Source: a virus
Taxonomy: Duplodnaviria > Caudoviricetes
DNA: 64,000 nt
Reading direction: 5' to 3' (one strand)
IMG/VR virus record: IMGVR_UViG_3300021431_000075
Location: 32,001 to 96,000 of that record
Shown: positions 36,706 to 47,436 of the stretch, piece by piece
How the letters are laid out: each line of letters starts with the position of its first letter
How positions within the stretch are numbered: the stretch's first letter is position 1
Program-made: the position numbers and the translations under genes
Notes under the pieces: generated by a model
Database searches by the model: none
Seen by the model: the letters and a program-made list of their open reading frames with translations, nothing else
Told to the model about the DNA's origin: nothing

Positions 36706-38631
36706 TTAAATATATGAGACAAGTTGCATCTTATTATCAACAAAAGTTTTCAAGCCAATCCTCAGCAAACCATTCTCATGTATATCTATCAACTCGTCAC
36801 TCCACTCATCAAGCAACAAGTTTCCTTCTTTATCTATCAAATTAAACTTCTTGTCTGTATTAAGTATAACGATGTAGCCATTTCTCTCATTATCTTCATT
36901 ATCGACAATATGAATATACATAATCCAGTCTCCTTCATCAAGACTATCATCAAGAAGGTATCTATGCTCCTTCACTGAATAATAATTTATCTTGTCATCT
37001 CTATTCTCATCTTCTATATGAACTACAACTACATAACCGAATACATATTCAATATCTATCAGATTGTCAAGAAGAACATTTCCTGACGTATCTATAATTT
37101 TCTTTAAACCGGCATCCTTGACAACAGCAAAACCGTATTCATTAAAATTTTTCACTATTGATTCAAACCACTTATTCTTTGAAACAAGTGAACGTTTCTT
37201 ACAATCAATAAAATTCCAACGTCCATCAATATTCTGTACAGCAGAAAAACCGTTTGATGGATGTTTGATTTCCAAGAACATATCTTTCATTATATGCTTT
37301 CCTTTTGTATCAATAATCGACATAAATCCAGTGTCTTTCAGTTTGACAACAGCAACTCCATCTATAAAATTGCTACAATCTGAAAACTCTTCATCTGTTA
37401 TATAGTTGCCTTTCTTATCAACAAAAGAAAAAACATCTTTAGACTTCTTAACCATGGCACAACCACATTGAAACCCAAAACATCTATAAAACATCTTGTT
37501 CATAATGATATTTCCAGTCTTGTCTATATATGTACTACATGCAGAACTGCTATTGTTTGATATTCTAACTGGAGCGTATCCTTCTGAAAAAACTCCAACA
37601 TCGTAATAATGAAATGTATCTATTGCAATGTTTCCATCCTTATCCAAGAAATCCCTTCCAAACTCCCCGTCGCTATTCTTATACTGAACTCTGATTAAGC
37701 CATCACTCAATTCTTCCGAAAACAGTAAAACATTAGAAAGAACCGTTTTCTTCTTTTTGATATCCATCAAAGTCCAGTACTCACGAGGCATTTCATATGC
37801 AACTATATCTGTTCCTTCAATAAAATCAAGATTCGTGATTTCTTGTTCTTTAAACATAAACTTTCCAGCTTCCAAGTCATATATATTGCATATGTTTTCA
37901 TCTCCCGACACACATCCATAAACTCCGATAAATCTTTTATTATAAACAAAGTCAATAAACCCCTTATCTCTCCAACATGGTATGCGTTTGGTTTCGTCGC
38001 AAACTACATTTCCTTTATCATCAACAATCAAGAAATAATCTTCATTATTGCAAATGAACGCATAATAACCGTCGGTGCCGTTCAAAAGTCTGTTTTGCAA
38101 TGCAAAAACCGTACAAATTCTAATTATTTCTTTCTCCGAATAATCCGGCTTAAACAAATCTACAAGATTTTTTATATAGAATTTAACATCCGGTTTTTCA
38201 TTATTGTCATTCAGAATGCCACATTGAAACAAACGTTGTTCATCTACATTTTCATATGATTCGTCAATATAACAAATCTTATAATCCAAATCATATTTGC
38301 TGCTAACGCAAATGATATTAATAAGGTACATCATGCATTGAACGAACAAATATGGAGAAAGAGAACCAATATAATTAAAAACAACATCTATAAAATCTCC
38401 GTCATCTCCATAATAATCGATTTCATAATCTATATGAACGCCATTTCCATAATCCGTATTCTTCATTTGTTCCAGCACGTCATCAATGACAGTATTCGGA
38501 GGTTCATTAAACATAATCCTCACAACAAGCCTATCATAATTATTCTCATCGTTATCAACAACATCATCCGTTTCAACTTTACCAAGAAGGTCCTCGTTCA
38601 ACATATATCTTTCTACGCTGCTCATAAACAT
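36706..38631 (-). CDS. Array member: WG-like beta-repeat protein
   Basis: YMLNEDLLGKVETDDVVD leader; repeats; ends LVSYI. Confidence 0.9.
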   Translation of the reverse strand: MFMSSVERYMLNEDLLGKVETDDVVDNDENNYDRLVVRIMFNEPPNTVIDDVLEQMKNTDYGNGVHIDYEIDYYGDDGDFIDVVFNYIGSLSPYLFVQCMMYLINIICVSSKYDLDYKICYIDESYENVDEQRLFQCGILNDNNEKPDVKFYIKNLVDLFKPDYSEKEIIRICTVFALQNRLLNGTDGYYAFICNNEDYFLIVDDKGNVVCDETKRIPCWRDKGFIDFVYNKRFIGVYGCVSGDENICNIYDLEAGKFMFKEQEITNLDFIEGTDIVAYEMPREYWTLMDIKKKKTVLSNVLLFSEELSDGLIRVQYKNSDGEFGRDFLDKDGNIAIDTFHYYDVGVFSEGYAPVRISNNSSSACSTYIDKTGNIIMNKMFYRCFGFQCGCAMVKKSKDVFSFVDKKGNYITDEEFSDCSNFIDGVAVVKLKDTGFMSIIDTKGKHIMKDMFLEIKHPSNGFSAVQNIDGRWNFIDCKKRSLVSKNKWFESIVKNFNEYGFAVVKDAGLKKIIDTSGNVLLDNLIDIEYVFGYVVVVHIEDENRDDKINYYSVKEHRYLLDDSLDEGDWIMYIHIVDNEDNERNGYIVILNTDKKFNLIDKEGNLLLDEWSDELIDIHENGLLRIGLKTFVDNKMQLVSYI

Positions 38632-38643
38632 TTAAAATCTTTT

Positions 38644-40680
38644 TTAGACAAAACTCACATAGTTGTGTTCATAATCAATAACGGCAAAATTACCGATCTT
38701 CATCAATCCGGGTCCATACTTCTCAATAGGCTCGTCAATCCATTCGTCAAACATCTTATTGCCATCGCAATCAAAGACATTGGACTTCATCATATCATTC
38801 ACGACAATAACCAACTTATTCGGCTCCAGAACTCTGTAATATTGATATTTGAATGTCATCGGCTTGAACAATGCCTTTCCATATACCGTGTATATGTTCT
38901 GATACCCTGACTTTGCATACTTGACATCAAAGAAACCTTCATGTGGATTCCCAATCGAATCAAACCGCAAATCTGAACACAACCATTTCCCGTTATCCAT
39001 TATGATGCCATATTCATCATTTAATTTTACATAAGCAAGCTTATATTCGCTATTATAATTATCGTATTCCCATAGCGTATAATCCTTTATTACTGTCCCG
39101 TCTTTCCTTACCAGTTTTGATAATACCTTCCCGTCGTCCAGCCTCTTCTTTATGCAAAAAACATCTTCACTCAATGCAACAGGATGAGCAACATTAGACC
39201 ATTCTTCAAACAACAGTTTGCCTTCACTTGTCACATAATTATAAAAAGTCTTATTTTCTCTGTACCAACGGCTCACTTTGCACATATGCATATCATATGT
39301 ATATTCATATTCAGACGGCAGCGAGCAATTATAGAATCCTTCGTCAAACAACTTTTTGCCGCTTGATATTTCTATGAAGTTATAACATTCATCTAAATTA
39401 TCAAAACATGCATAACATCCGCATTGCGGATAACCTGTTGCACGCCAATGCCAATATTCAGAAACCAGCGTTCCGTCAGTTTTCAAAAAATTCTCTTTCG
39501 TATCAGATTTCTCAACCTTGGCAAACCCGTCAATAAACTTGTAGCATTTCTTCAACTTGTATTCTTTGCCGAGTTCCTTACCATCCCTGTCTATGTAGTA
39601 AAAGAATCTATTATCCTTGACTTTGGCATATTCACAGTTCTGATCGTCAGCAAGCTCAAAGAAATTATTTTTAAACAAAAGTGTTCCATTGGCATCAATA
39701 AGATTGTTGCAGTTATCGCTATCATCTATTCTAACAATCGCATAACCGTCTTTATTAAACTTATTAACTGATAGAAAACCTTCATCTGTAATATATTTTC
39801 CTCTTTCATCAATGATATATCTCTTTGAATCGTTCTTTTTTAGAACAATTCCAAAACCGTTTTCAAATGATGATATGTCTTTAAGATCCTCTTCAAAAAC
39901 ATCATTTCCATCAAGGTCGATAAGATTGCATTCCTCGTTAATCTTCTTAATAAGCGCCATATATCCAAACCTGTTGTACTTGCAACTCATAGAACTACGT
40001 TCAGTAGGATGCACAAACTTATCAAAGACAAAATTGGAATCTTTATCAAAAACGCACATTATCTGTTCAGTAATCAAATAAATGTAATAACGACTCTTGG
40101 CTTCATCCATCGGCACGATAATGCCATAACGGATGAACAACTTGACAATATCTCTCAAAACATCAGAAAACTCACCTTCAATACCAAAAATCTTTTTATA
40201 AGTTTCAAAACCATACATATAGACCGTTCTTTCCAACTCATAATGTACTGCAGAATTGAGCAATGAAAAAAAGAGTTTTGATTCCACATCACCTTCAATA
40301 CACACTCTCAAAACAGCATCTCCTTTAACCAGCGTGTTCTTATGGCATTTGACCATAACCGACAATGCGTTTGTAACTATCTTATCAAACACATCCTGTT
40401 TCGTTTCTGAAAAGTGAACTTCGATACGAAAACGAAATGTCATTTCACTATGATAAGAAAACGAATATTCATCAATGTCATGAGAATCAACAAGCGCGTC
40501 CATATAACTTCTGAACATAGAAGTCATATACTCATATGTACGGTGATCATTCCATCTTGAGTCGAAACTCAACTCAAACTGAACATTATTTACAGATTCT
40601 CCTGCTTCGTCTCTCACCTCGTCCGGTTTGACTTCATCAAGCAGAGACTCGTTTAACGCGTATAATCTTTTGACATTCAT
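38644..40680 (-). CDS. Array member: WG-like beta-repeat protein
   Basis: YALNESLLDEVKPDEVRD leader; repeats; ends YVSFV. Confidence 0.9.
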   Translation of the reverse strand: MNVKRLYALNESLLDEVKPDEVRDEAGESVNNVQFELSFDSRWNDHRTYEYMTSMFRSYMDALVDSHDIDEYSFSYHSEMTFRFRIEVHFSETKQDVFDKIVTNALSVMVKCHKNTLVKGDAVLRVCIEGDVESKLFFSLLNSAVHYELERTVYMYGFETYKKIFGIEGEFSDVLRDIVKLFIRYGIIVPMDEAKSRYYIYLITEQIMCVFDKDSNFVFDKFVHPTERSSMSCKYNRFGYMALIKKINEECNLIDLDGNDVFEEDLKDISSFENGFGIVLKKNDSKRYIIDERGKYITDEGFLSVNKFNKDGYAIVRIDDSDNCNNLIDANGTLLFKNNFFELADDQNCEYAKVKDNRFFYYIDRDGKELGKEYKLKKCYKFIDGFAKVEKSDTKENFLKTDGTLVSEYWHWRATGYPQCGCYACFDNLDECYNFIEISSGKKLFDEGFYNCSLPSEYEYTYDMHMCKVSRWYRENKTFYNYVTSEGKLLFEEWSNVAHPVALSEDVFCIKKRLDDGKVLSKLVRKDGTVIKDYTLWEYDNYNSEYKLAYVKLNDEYGIIMDNGKWLCSDLRFDSIGNPHEGFFDVKYAKSGYQNIYTVYGKALFKPMTFKYQYYRVLEPNKLVIVVNDMMKSNVFDCDGNKMFDEWIDEPIEKYGPGLMKIGNFAVIDYEHNYVSFV

Positions 40681-40704
40681 TTCCTATTTCACAAAAAAAT
40701 CATT

Positions 40705-42825
40705 TTAAACAAATGAAACTATCTCTCCATATTCATCAACATTCGAATACGAGCCAACCCTGTATGTTCCGTCTCCGTTGTCGCTAATCGGCAATCTGGT
40801 CCATTCCTTCAGAACAAGCGAACCAGTCTTGCTGCTCACTATGTTGCATTCGTTCTTGTCATTCATAATGACAAAGTTCTTGGAAATCGTATCATCGACA
40901 CGAAACTTGCCTTCCAACCAAGGATCGAACAAAACTTCTCCACGGCTATTGATGATATTGAAAAGCAATTTCTCTGCATGCCTACCATTCCCGGTTTTCT
41001 TGCGAACATAAAACAGGTTCTCTGCAAAATCCACAATCTCGTCAACCCACTCGCCAAACACAAGAGTCCCGTCCTCTCTCAACACATTCCATTTCTTGTC
41101 TGTATTCTCCACTTCCGCATATCCGTCTGAAAAGAAAGTATCTCTTGTTATATATATGTTGCTATCCTTATCAACAAGCAACTTTCCGGTCTTGTCAATC
41201 ATATTGCACTTGCCGTCAATCACCACAAATGCAAAGCCATTATAAAAACGAACTGCCTCATCAAACCATATATCTGAAACAAACTTTCCGCTTCTGTCTA
41301 TGAAATTATATCCCTTGTCTTCTAAAAACACTTTTGAGAAACCCTCGTAGAAATCATAAATACAATTGAACCACGTATCGCTCAATAAACGTCCAGACTT
41401 ATCTATAACATTGAATACATTTCCAGACCAAGCAGAATAAGAACAAACGACTGCATTTCCATTAGAATCAAACGACTTACAATCACGATATTCTCTATGT
41501 TTAGAAAACAGGAAGTTTCCACTCGCGTCCACATAGTTCCACAAGCTTCCGTTATCAAAAGACACGACAGCATAACCGTTAGAGAAACCTTTCTCACATG
41601 AACAAAACTCATCAAGAATAAATTTCTTGGTCTTTAAATCCATAAAATTACAATGCAATATGTCCTTCTTCACAAGAACCAGACCATTTTCTTGCATTTC
41701 ATACTTGTCGCGTCCCGGATTGTTAAAAACCATATTGCCATTCCTATCAACAAGATTGCATCCGTTAATTCCTACAACAACTCCATAGCCGTTAGAGAAA
41801 CGCTCACAAGAACTAAACCACTTATTCTTAACAAGCATTTCTCCGTTATGCTTGATATAGTTCATTCTATCATCTAACGACGTAACAACGATAAACTCGT
41901 CTTCAAGCGGTCCGACTTTCGTGAACCGACATTTTGAAATCGGTTTCCCACTCTTGTCAATCAATGCATAATTTTTCGGATTTTCATCCTGATACTTGAC
42001 TTTTGCAAGACCGTTCACAAAATTCTCTCCGCTATATAAATCACAATCAGGTATTCGATAACCGAATTTATCCACATAATACACGCCTTGCTCATGATTG
42101 ACCATAAGCAAACCGCAATGATACATCATATTCTTATTTCTATTATGTTCACAACCCCTTAACTTGAACCGAACATCGCCGTCTTTCCCAACGATGCATA
42201 TATCATTATCCTCCAGAAATAGCACATATAGTCCATCTTCCTCATCGACACAATTTGCAAAACCACTTTTATGTGAATTTACAAAGAGACTGCGGATTAC
42301 GTCAGAAGCCTTTCTGTGAAAAACTTTCGCTATCTTGTCAATATTCTTGTATATAACCTGTCCATTATTGATTGTATGCTGCTTATCTATAACTATTTTG
42401 TCGGTATATTCAAGGTCAGTATAAGAGACGAGTATTTCAAAAGGTCCGTACTTGGCAAAACAATGACATATATATATGACAAAGCGACAAAAAATATCAA
42501 GGCTATTCTCATCAAGGTTCATTCGAAACAGAGCATTCAACCGATACTTTGAACTTGTTAATGAGATATCATAACCGTCTTGGACAATGCCCATTTCCAC
42601 AAGTCCAGCAAGATATGAATCAACAAAGGTCAAAACAGAATCAGGCAGACTGCCTTCTGTTGATCTAACAATGATTCCAAAACCGGCATCATGTTCATAT
42701 TCATCATTATCTGAAACTTCGTCAGCATCGATTTTTGCAAGAACATTCTCTTGCAAATAACGAAATCTATCAATTCTTCTGTCAAAATGCATCACATCAA
42801 AAGCAACAGAAACATCATGTTCCAA
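40705..42825 (-). CDS. Array member: WG-like beta-repeat protein (start uncertain: TTG 42825 or ATG 42792)
   Basis: YLQENVLAKIDADEVSD leader; repeats; ends IVSFV. Confidence 0.9.
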   Translation of the reverse strand: MEHDVSVAFDVMHFDRRIDRFRYLQENVLAKIDADEVSDNDEYEHDAGFGIIVRSTEGSLPDSVLTFVDSYLAGLVEMGIVQDGYDISLTSSKYRLNALFRMNLDENSLDIFCRFVIYICHCFAKYGPFEILVSYTDLEYTDKIVIDKQHTINNGQVIYKNIDKIAKVFHRKASDVIRSLFVNSHKSGFANCVDEEDGLYVLFLEDNDICIVGKDGDVRFKLRGCEHNRNKNMMYHCGLLMVNHEQGVYYVDKFGYRIPDCDLYSGENFVNGLAKVKYQDENPKNYALIDKSGKPISKCRFTKVGPLEDEFIVVTSLDDRMNYIKHNGEMLVKNKWFSSCERFSNGYGVVVGINGCNLVDRNGNMVFNNPGRDKYEMQENGLVLVKKDILHCNFMDLKTKKFILDEFCSCEKGFSNGYAVVSFDNGSLWNYVDASGNFLFSKHREYRDCKSFDSNGNAVVCSYSAWSGNVFNVIDKSGRLLSDTWFNCIYDFYEGFSKVFLEDKGYNFIDRSGKFVSDIWFDEAVRFYNGFAFVVIDGKCNMIDKTGKLLVDKDSNIYITRDTFFSDGYAEVENTDKKWNVLREDGTLVFGEWVDEIVDFAENLFYVRKKTGNGRHAEKLLFNIINSRGEVLFDPWLEGKFRVDDTISKNFVIMNDKNECNIVSSKTGSLVLKEWTRLPISDNGDGTYRVGSYSNVDEYGEIVSFV

Positions 42826-42864
42826 TTTAATATATTATAAGATATTTTAGTACATACATTATCC

Positions 42865-43075
42865 ATGCAGACAAATGCAATGCACAGAATACTCTATCTG
42901 TAAAGTCCAGAAAATGAATTCCCAGCGAAACTTTCTGACCTAATAGAAAATCAGAGGTTTCAGGTCGGCAGACTTTCCGGGTCCCCTTGCAAGTATAGCC
43001 GCACAGCTGCATTCCAACGCGTCCCGCGAAGCCACTCGCATTCATATCCGGCAGTATCTAACCTTCCTTTTATAT
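42865..43075 (-). ncRNA. Candidate omegaRNA/reRNA scaffold of TnpB element 1
   Basis: ~210-nt GC-richer stretch immediately 3' of tnpB, with hairpins GCGA-GTGGCT-TCGC and TCTGAT...GTCAGA. This is the position expected for a TnpB guide RNA. Confidence 0.55.
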
Positions 43076-44515
43076 TTATTTGCCGAAGTAAGTCGTGGTC
43101 ATTTTCTTAACATTGTGAGTCGTTTTCATTTGTTCTGCTGTTTTATTGAATTTCACTCTATAAGATATTCCTTTCGGTTTCAGATAATTGTAGTATATGT
43201 CTTTTAAAGATAGGTTCTGTTCTTTTATTTTGAACAGCTTGCAAGACTTGTCATAGAAATCCCTGTATATGTTTATGTCGGGAAAAATATACTTGTCTGA
43301 TGACGCGTCATAATCTGTAAGATTTAACGTTGCTGTCGTATATGCTCTTCTTGAAAGTTCGAATGCAGCGAGGCACATATCCGGCATATTCAGATACATG
43401 AACAGGAAATTTCCAACAACGCTTGAGAACGGAGCCTTCGTATGTACGACTTTTGCTCCGGACAATATTGCATTCTTCTTGTACGTTTGCGCAAACTTTT
43501 TCCGAAGCCAGTCATTGTTTACTGTTTTGTTAAAGTGTCTGCCTTTCTTCTTGTCGGATGTATATATGGACACATCATCAATAGATATGACTCCGCATTT
43601 GAAATGCTTTGCCATCTTTATCAAGTCGTTCGAGAATGACTTGATTTCATACTCCTTCTTCTCCGTGTAATGATAACGTCCGGTCGACGCTTTGCCAAGT
43701 TTGTTCTTGAGTTCACTTTCTCTGCTGTTCAGTTCTTTGAACGACTCGACGCCATATGATATTACTTTGAAGTTTCCGTCTTGTTTCCAGTCCGCAACTA
43801 CCCAACCATAATAATTCGGGTTCGTGTCGCATGCGAACACTCTGTTCGGAATCAAATCATTGTTCAATGATGTTGTCTCCGGATACAACTTAAGCAAATC
43901 GACTTGAATTGACAGTTTTCCGTTTTCTTCAAGCAGGTATGTTACAGGCAGACTATAGTCCTCCTGTTTATCATATATGGTTCTAAGCATATTCGCATAA
44001 TTATAAGGAATGTCATGCAACGACATTGTTATGTGGGTTTTCTTATTCGGCTGAAAGATGATATGTCTTAAGTCTTCTGTCAGTCTGAATTTCTGATTTC
44101 CCTTGTATGGACGCGCAGTGCCTATGCAACGGAACGGTCTCAGTTTACGACGTTCGTATTCTTCCTTGGTTAGCAAGCCTTTGAGATAGTCTTTATAACC
44201 CTTCTTGCTTCCGAACACCACATGCCTTCCATTCGTTTTCACCAGTTCATATGCATCATAATATGCACAGTGAAAGAACCATTCATTATCTTGAATCAGC
44301 TCTACATTCTTCATTGCTGAAAAGTATGTTCTCATATCGGATCCTTTCCTGTAGTATTCATTCTTGGAACGGAGTTCTTTTCCGTTCGACATAGAACGAC
44401 AAAGGTAGCAATAGATTATATGCACAGATGATGAGTACTGTTTTTGATATCTGCAATACTCGATAGCGTCAAGCGAGTTTTCTATACAGTATCTGGCTTT
44501 AATGCTTATAGTCAT
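43076..44515 (-). CDS. tnpB: TnpB-like RuvC protein, zinc-finger-less type, with RuvC-II Glu apparently replaced by Asp
   Basis: RuvC-I RVFACDTNP, RuvC-II VISIDDV, RuvC-III FSSVVGN...PDMCLAAFELSRR. Lies directly downstream of an IS607 tnpA. Confidence 0.8.
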   Translation of the reverse strand: MTISIKARYCIENSLDAIEYCRYQKQYSSSVHIIYCYLCRSMSNGKELRSKNEYYRKGSDMRTYFSAMKNVELIQDNEWFFHCAYYDAYELVKTNGRHVVFGSKKGYKDYLKGLLTKEEYERRKLRPFRCIGTARPYKGNQKFRLTEDLRHIIFQPNKKTHITMSLHDIPYNYANMLRTIYDKQEDYSLPVTYLLEENGKLSIQVDLLKLYPETTSLNNDLIPNRVFACDTNPNYYGWVVADWKQDGNFKVISYGVESFKELNSRESELKNKLGKASTGRYHYTEKKEYEIKSFSNDLIKMAKHFKCGVISIDDVSIYTSDKKKGRHFNKTVNNDWLRKKFAQTYKKNAILSGAKVVHTKAPFSSVVGNFLFMYLNMPDMCLAAFELSRRAYTTATLNLTDYDASSDKYIFPDINIYRDFYDKSCKLFKIKEQNLSLKDIYYNYLKPKGISYRVKFNKTAEQMKTTHNVKKMTTTYFGK

Positions 44516-44570
44516 TACTTTGATTTCATAGATTACTTTTATTATTTATCTTTGATATAAATTGCAAAAA

Positions 44571-45203
44571 TCAACTTTCTGAAGAATCTTCCGCTTCATT
44601 AAGCAGCTTCTCTATATTCTTGAATTTCTTGCGACTGTTATCATACATCTTCATTGAGTAACTATGAATAATCGTTATCAGGTCTTCTGTCAATTCTTGC
44701 TGGTATGTCTTGTTCGTCTCTTCTTTCTGGTCGAGAACGACTATCGTCGTTCCGAAGTATGCGAAAATGGATACGAAATAGTCGAAACCGAACCTTGACA
44801 AGCGATCCTTGAAAGTCACATATACCTTGTCTATTTCTTTTTTAAAGACAGATTCAAGCAGTCTGTTGAAATTCGTCCGGTTCTCGTTGAGGCCGGACGC
44901 TATGTCAGAATAGATTTCATCAACCGTTATTCCGTTCGAGAGCATATACTGCTTTATGAGTTCTATCTGGTTGTTCAGATCCGTTTTCTGTCTCGGCGTG
45001 GAAACTCGGCTATATATGACATTCTTTCTTTTTGTAGTGAAATTATCGCTATTAATGATGATAGAGTCTATGTCATATAAAACCTTTCTGTCTGAAAGTT
45101 TCATCGTGTTGATTCTTCCTTCGTTCTTCCAGCGCATAAGTGTCACGCCAGATATATGCAAAATGTTTTTTGCTTCTTTTGCAGATACATAATTCATATT
45201 CAC
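44571..45203 (-). CDS. tnpA: IS607-family serine recombinase TnpA
   Basis: N-terminal HTH (YVSAKEAKNILHISGVTLMRW), YSRVST, DIASGLN, TFKDRLSRFGF, QELTEDL...YSMKMY. Confidence 0.95.
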   Translation of the reverse strand: MNMNYVSAKEAKNILHISGVTLMRWKNEGRINTMKLSDRKVLYDIDSIIINSDNFTTKRKNVIYSRVSTPRQKTDLNNQIELIKQYMLSNGITVDEIYSDIASGLNENRTNFNRLLESVFKKEIDKVYVTFKDRLSRFGFDYFVSIFAYFGTTIVVLDQKEETNKTYQQELTEDLITIIHSYSMKMYDNSRKKFKNIEKLLNEAEDSSES

Positions 45204-45390
45204 ATACTTAATATTTGACTATTTATCTAACAAAAATTACAAAATTAAATAAAATTGACTTCTAACTTTTTATTTATTTGCATTTTGACTAATTTTGCAA
45301 AATCAACAATCAAGCAAAAGTCACGTCATTTCCACTATAGTCAACATAAGTATTGCAATCATGAACAATCATAAAAATCTATTAAGATTT

Positions 45391-47436
45391 TTAAATATAC
45401 GATACAATATTTCCCTCATAATCAGCAATAATCAAATCACCGATTTTCAAAGAATCATTCTCATTTGCTGAAATTTTTGCATCAATCCACTCATCAAACA
45501 TATATTTTCCATTACTATCAACAACATTATATCTATAATCTTTGTCAACAAGAACAACAATTCTTCCCGCTTCTATGACTTCAAACTTCTGTATATTCTC
45601 AATTCCCTTTTTCGGAAACAAAAATCTTCCATTTTTCATCAAAAGATTCAACGAGTTGTCACGATTCCTGACTTCAGCAAAACCGTCTTTCATAATTCCA
45701 ACATAGTTGAACCATTCTTCTCTTATCAACTTACCGCTTGTATCAATCAGATTAAACTTGTTCTTTGTCTTTTTGACCTTGTCATTCAAACCCCGTTGAA
45801 CCAGTGAATAGCCGTCACTGAATGACGTGAAAGACCAATCGCAATAATCAACCAAAACCGTACCATCGCTCTTGATTAGCATATTGAACTTGTTTTTGCC
45901 AATTCCTATTTTCTGACAACTCCACAAGTCTTCACCAAGATAAGCAACATCACTGAACCAATCTTTCTTATCTCCAAGCATTTGACCATTATCAAGAAAT
46001 ATCTTATAATTCACAGTATTGTCAATTGAACTTGTCATGCCCATCTTAAAAAAATGCTTATCGTATTCATTACATGGTTCTGCTTGATTAAAAAAACCAT
46101 TTTTGAAAAGTAACTTATTCTCTTTCCCGTCATATAGATTATAACTTCTACTATCCCTGTCAAAAACTATAAAAATGTCATTGACTACTGGATAATATAT
46201 ATCATCAATATTTCCTTTCTTTGTATTGAACCAAGTGCCCGAGACAATTTTTCCAGTTTCCAAATTCAAAAAGTTCACAAGTATGTCATTTGAACCACTT
46301 TTCTTTCGACTAACTTTAGCATAGTTATATTTTGGAGTGTGACCACCATCAAACCAGTCGCCTTTCCATATGACACGACCGGTATTGTCTATAAAATTAT
46401 ACTTATTGCTGGCTGTATTCCAGACAAGTGCATAATGATGCTCGTCGTCAAATAAAATCGTATCATAATGGCATATCTCATTGCCATCCGAATCTATCAT
46501 TACAAATTCATCTTCATATTTTCTTGAGAATAATGCGACGCCATTCTCGAAACCCTCTGCTTCATAAACCCAGTCATCAAGAAGCAGCTTCTTTTTCACA
46601 ACATCATAATAATTGTACTTATTTCGTCCAGAATCATAAACAACACATTTTCCTTCACTGATTGCTCCCATATTATAGTTTTCAAAAAGCAACTCACCGT
46701 CATAAGTCAAATAGTTATTACGGTCATTTGAAAACGTTATATACATCAATCCATACTCATTGAAAACGTTGCTACTACCGTTTATATAAAAGTCATCAAC
46801 AGCATGCTCAAATAGTTCATTTCCCTTCGCATCATACATCCGTATGAGATTGCTGTCAGTGAAATTTATAACAAACCTGTCCTTCTGCTTATCTGACGGA
46901 AACAAGACTCCTGACGCTGCAGTAACCTGAACAAACGTTCTTATGAATTCTGCGAAATCATTAACTCCAAAACAATCATAATAAGAATCATTAATCTGTA
47001 ACAAACTAAACTTCTCTGAAACAACCGGAGATGCAAACAAAACATTCAGAATGAAATCTCCACGCTCATTCATGACGACAATATTAAAGCCATAGTCATA
47101 CTTGTTGAACAGAGACGCAATACGGGCAATCATCTTGACAAACGACTCGTTATCATCATCAACCATTATCAAATTGATATAGACACACAAGCAGTCTTTA
47201 GCAAGGTTGATTGAATAACTACGAAGATAACCGGAATCTTCAAGTCTGCCCAAATAACTATCAACAAGCATCTTGAATGATTTCTCAACCGTATCCGGTT
47301 TTGCAAATTCACGACGAAAACTAACCGCGATGCAAATCTTAAAAGATGAATCATCTTTCACTTCATCCGATCCCACTTCATCAAGAAGCGACTCGTTCAA
47401 CACATATGCTCTTATATCTGCCATACCATCATACAA
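45391..47436 (-). CDS. Array member: WG-like beta-repeat protein
   Basis: YVLNESLLDEVGSDEVKD leader; repeats; ends IVSYI. Confidence 0.9.
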   Translation of the reverse strand: MYDGMADIRAYVLNESLLDEVGSDEVKDDSSFKICIAVSFRREFAKPDTVEKSFKMLVDSYLGRLEDSGYLRSYSINLAKDCLCVYINLIMVDDDNESFVKMIARIASLFNKYDYGFNIVVMNERGDFILNVLFASPVVSEKFSLLQINDSYYDCFGVNDFAEFIRTFVQVTAASGVLFPSDKQKDRFVINFTDSNLIRMYDAKGNELFEHAVDDFYINGSSNVFNEYGLMYITFSNDRNNYLTYDGELLFENYNMGAISEGKCVVYDSGRNKYNYYDVVKKKLLLDDWVYEAEGFENGVALFSRKYEDEFVMIDSDGNEICHYDTILFDDEHHYALVWNTASNKYNFIDNTGRVIWKGDWFDGGHTPKYNYAKVSRKKSGSNDILVNFLNLETGKIVSGTWFNTKKGNIDDIYYPVVNDIFIVFDRDSRSYNLYDGKENKLLFKNGFFNQAEPCNEYDKHFFKMGMTSSIDNTVNYKIFLDNGQMLGDKKDWFSDVAYLGEDLWSCQKIGIGKNKFNMLIKSDGTVLVDYCDWSFTSFSDGYSLVQRGLNDKVKKTKNKFNLIDTSGKLIREEWFNYVGIMKDGFAEVRNRDNSLNLLMKNGRFLFPKKGIENIQKFEVIEAGRIVVLVDKDYRYNVVDSNGKYMFDEWIDAKISANENDSLKIGDLIIADYEGNIVSYI

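Larger units (their letters stand above)
42864..45333 (-). mobile_element. IS607-family element 1 (tnpA + tnpB), intergenic insertion; ends approximate
   Basis: MerR-HTH serine recombinase followed by TnpB. Candidate GG cores at 45332-45333 and 42864-42865 (not proven). Confidence 0.8.

Noticed and set aside
42827-43045. 72-aa ORF downstream of tnpB1
   Set aside because: No recognisable protein features. It coincides with the expected omegaRNA position and runs through the downstream promoter motif.
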